Positions 24,839-25,161 of a DNA stretch of 25,161 nt are shown piece by piece. Position numbers and translations under genes: made by a program. The DNA is from a virus (Duplodnaviria; Heunggongvirae; Uroviricota; Caudoviricetes). The notes under the pieces were generated by a model that was given only the letters and a program-made list of their open reading frames with translations, searched no databases and was not told the origin of the DNA. The stretch lies in the IMG/VR virus record IMGVR_UViG_2851938318_000004; one strand, given 5' to 3'. Within the stretch, counting starts at the first letter, position 1. Each line of letters opens with the position of its first letter.

Positions 24839-25161
24839 TTTTTCCAGAGGCGGTCGAACTCCGCCTTCGCAAAATAAGCGGAAGCCTGGCGAAGGATATC
24901 GTTACTGCGGCGCAGTTCACGATTTTCACGTTCCAGCTCTTTCAGACGCTGACGTTCAGCGCTGGTGAGCCCACCATCACCGCCCCCGGTATCCCGCTCA
25001 TGCTGGCGAACCCAGACACGCAGAGTCTCCGGCGTACAGCCAATCTTTGGGGCAATGGAACAAATTGCCGCCCACTGTGAGTCATATTCATCCTGACTTT
25101 CCAGAACCATACGAATCGCCCGCTGACGGACTTCGGGGGAAAAACGAGTATTTTTAGTCAT
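24835..25161 (-). CDS. IS3-family transposase OrfA (IS629-like), copy 2; start codon is the last three bases of the window
   Basis: Protein identical to the copy 1 OrfA. Confidence 0.9.

Larger units (their letters stand above)
23906..25161 (-). mobile_element. IS629-like insertion sequence, copy 2, same orientation as copy 1; truncated by the window end (about 54 bp missing)
   Basis: Identical terminal sequence TGAACCGCCCCGGG at 23906; differs from copy 1 by one synonymous substitution (T at 24065 versus G at 2214). Confidence 0.9.

Overview
This window reads as the regulatory, replication and lysis portion of a Qin/DLP12-like (probably defective) lambdoid prophage of Escherichia coli, carrying two near-identical IS629-like (IS3-family) insertion sequences in the same orientation. 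All protein identifications are by eye from motifs and remembered family members; no database search was run. Coordinates anchored to the supplied ORF track are exact; those read off the raw sequence (terminators, operators, repeats, dicF, tRNA ends) may be off by 1-2 nt. Layout, left to right: integrase (reading frame ends early) and excisionase; a large prophage exonuclease gene split in-frame by IS629 copy 1 (3-bp GTC target duplication); a dicF-dicB-ydfD cell-division/lysis module; unknown leftward early genes; a CI-type S24 repressor divergent from cro and a YdaT-like gene, with GTAAC-N4-GTTAC operator repeats; an O-like replication initiator with internal GTCACG iterons and an AT-rich repeat (putative origin); a run of small nin-like genes; two strongly-SD small hydrophobic peptides; hokD-like toxin, rem, ydfU, rusA and a QuuD/phage-82-type Q. 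Downstream of Q is an AT-rich accessory island (CPBP/Abi intramembrane protease, small winged-helix protein, AraC/XylS regulator), then three tRNAs (Ile-CAU, Arg-UCG, Arg-UCU), an empty stx position, nanS-p esterase, an S21-type holin, a reverse-strand orphan gene, a SAR endolysin, Rz/Rz1, a PerC/Pch-family regulator, a small RHH gene and IS629 copy 2 cut by the window end. The best candidate for an undescribed function is the CPBP-protease / winged-helix / AraC island between Q and the tRNAs, followed by the orphan gene inside the lysis cassette and the two small hydrophobic peptides upstream of hok.
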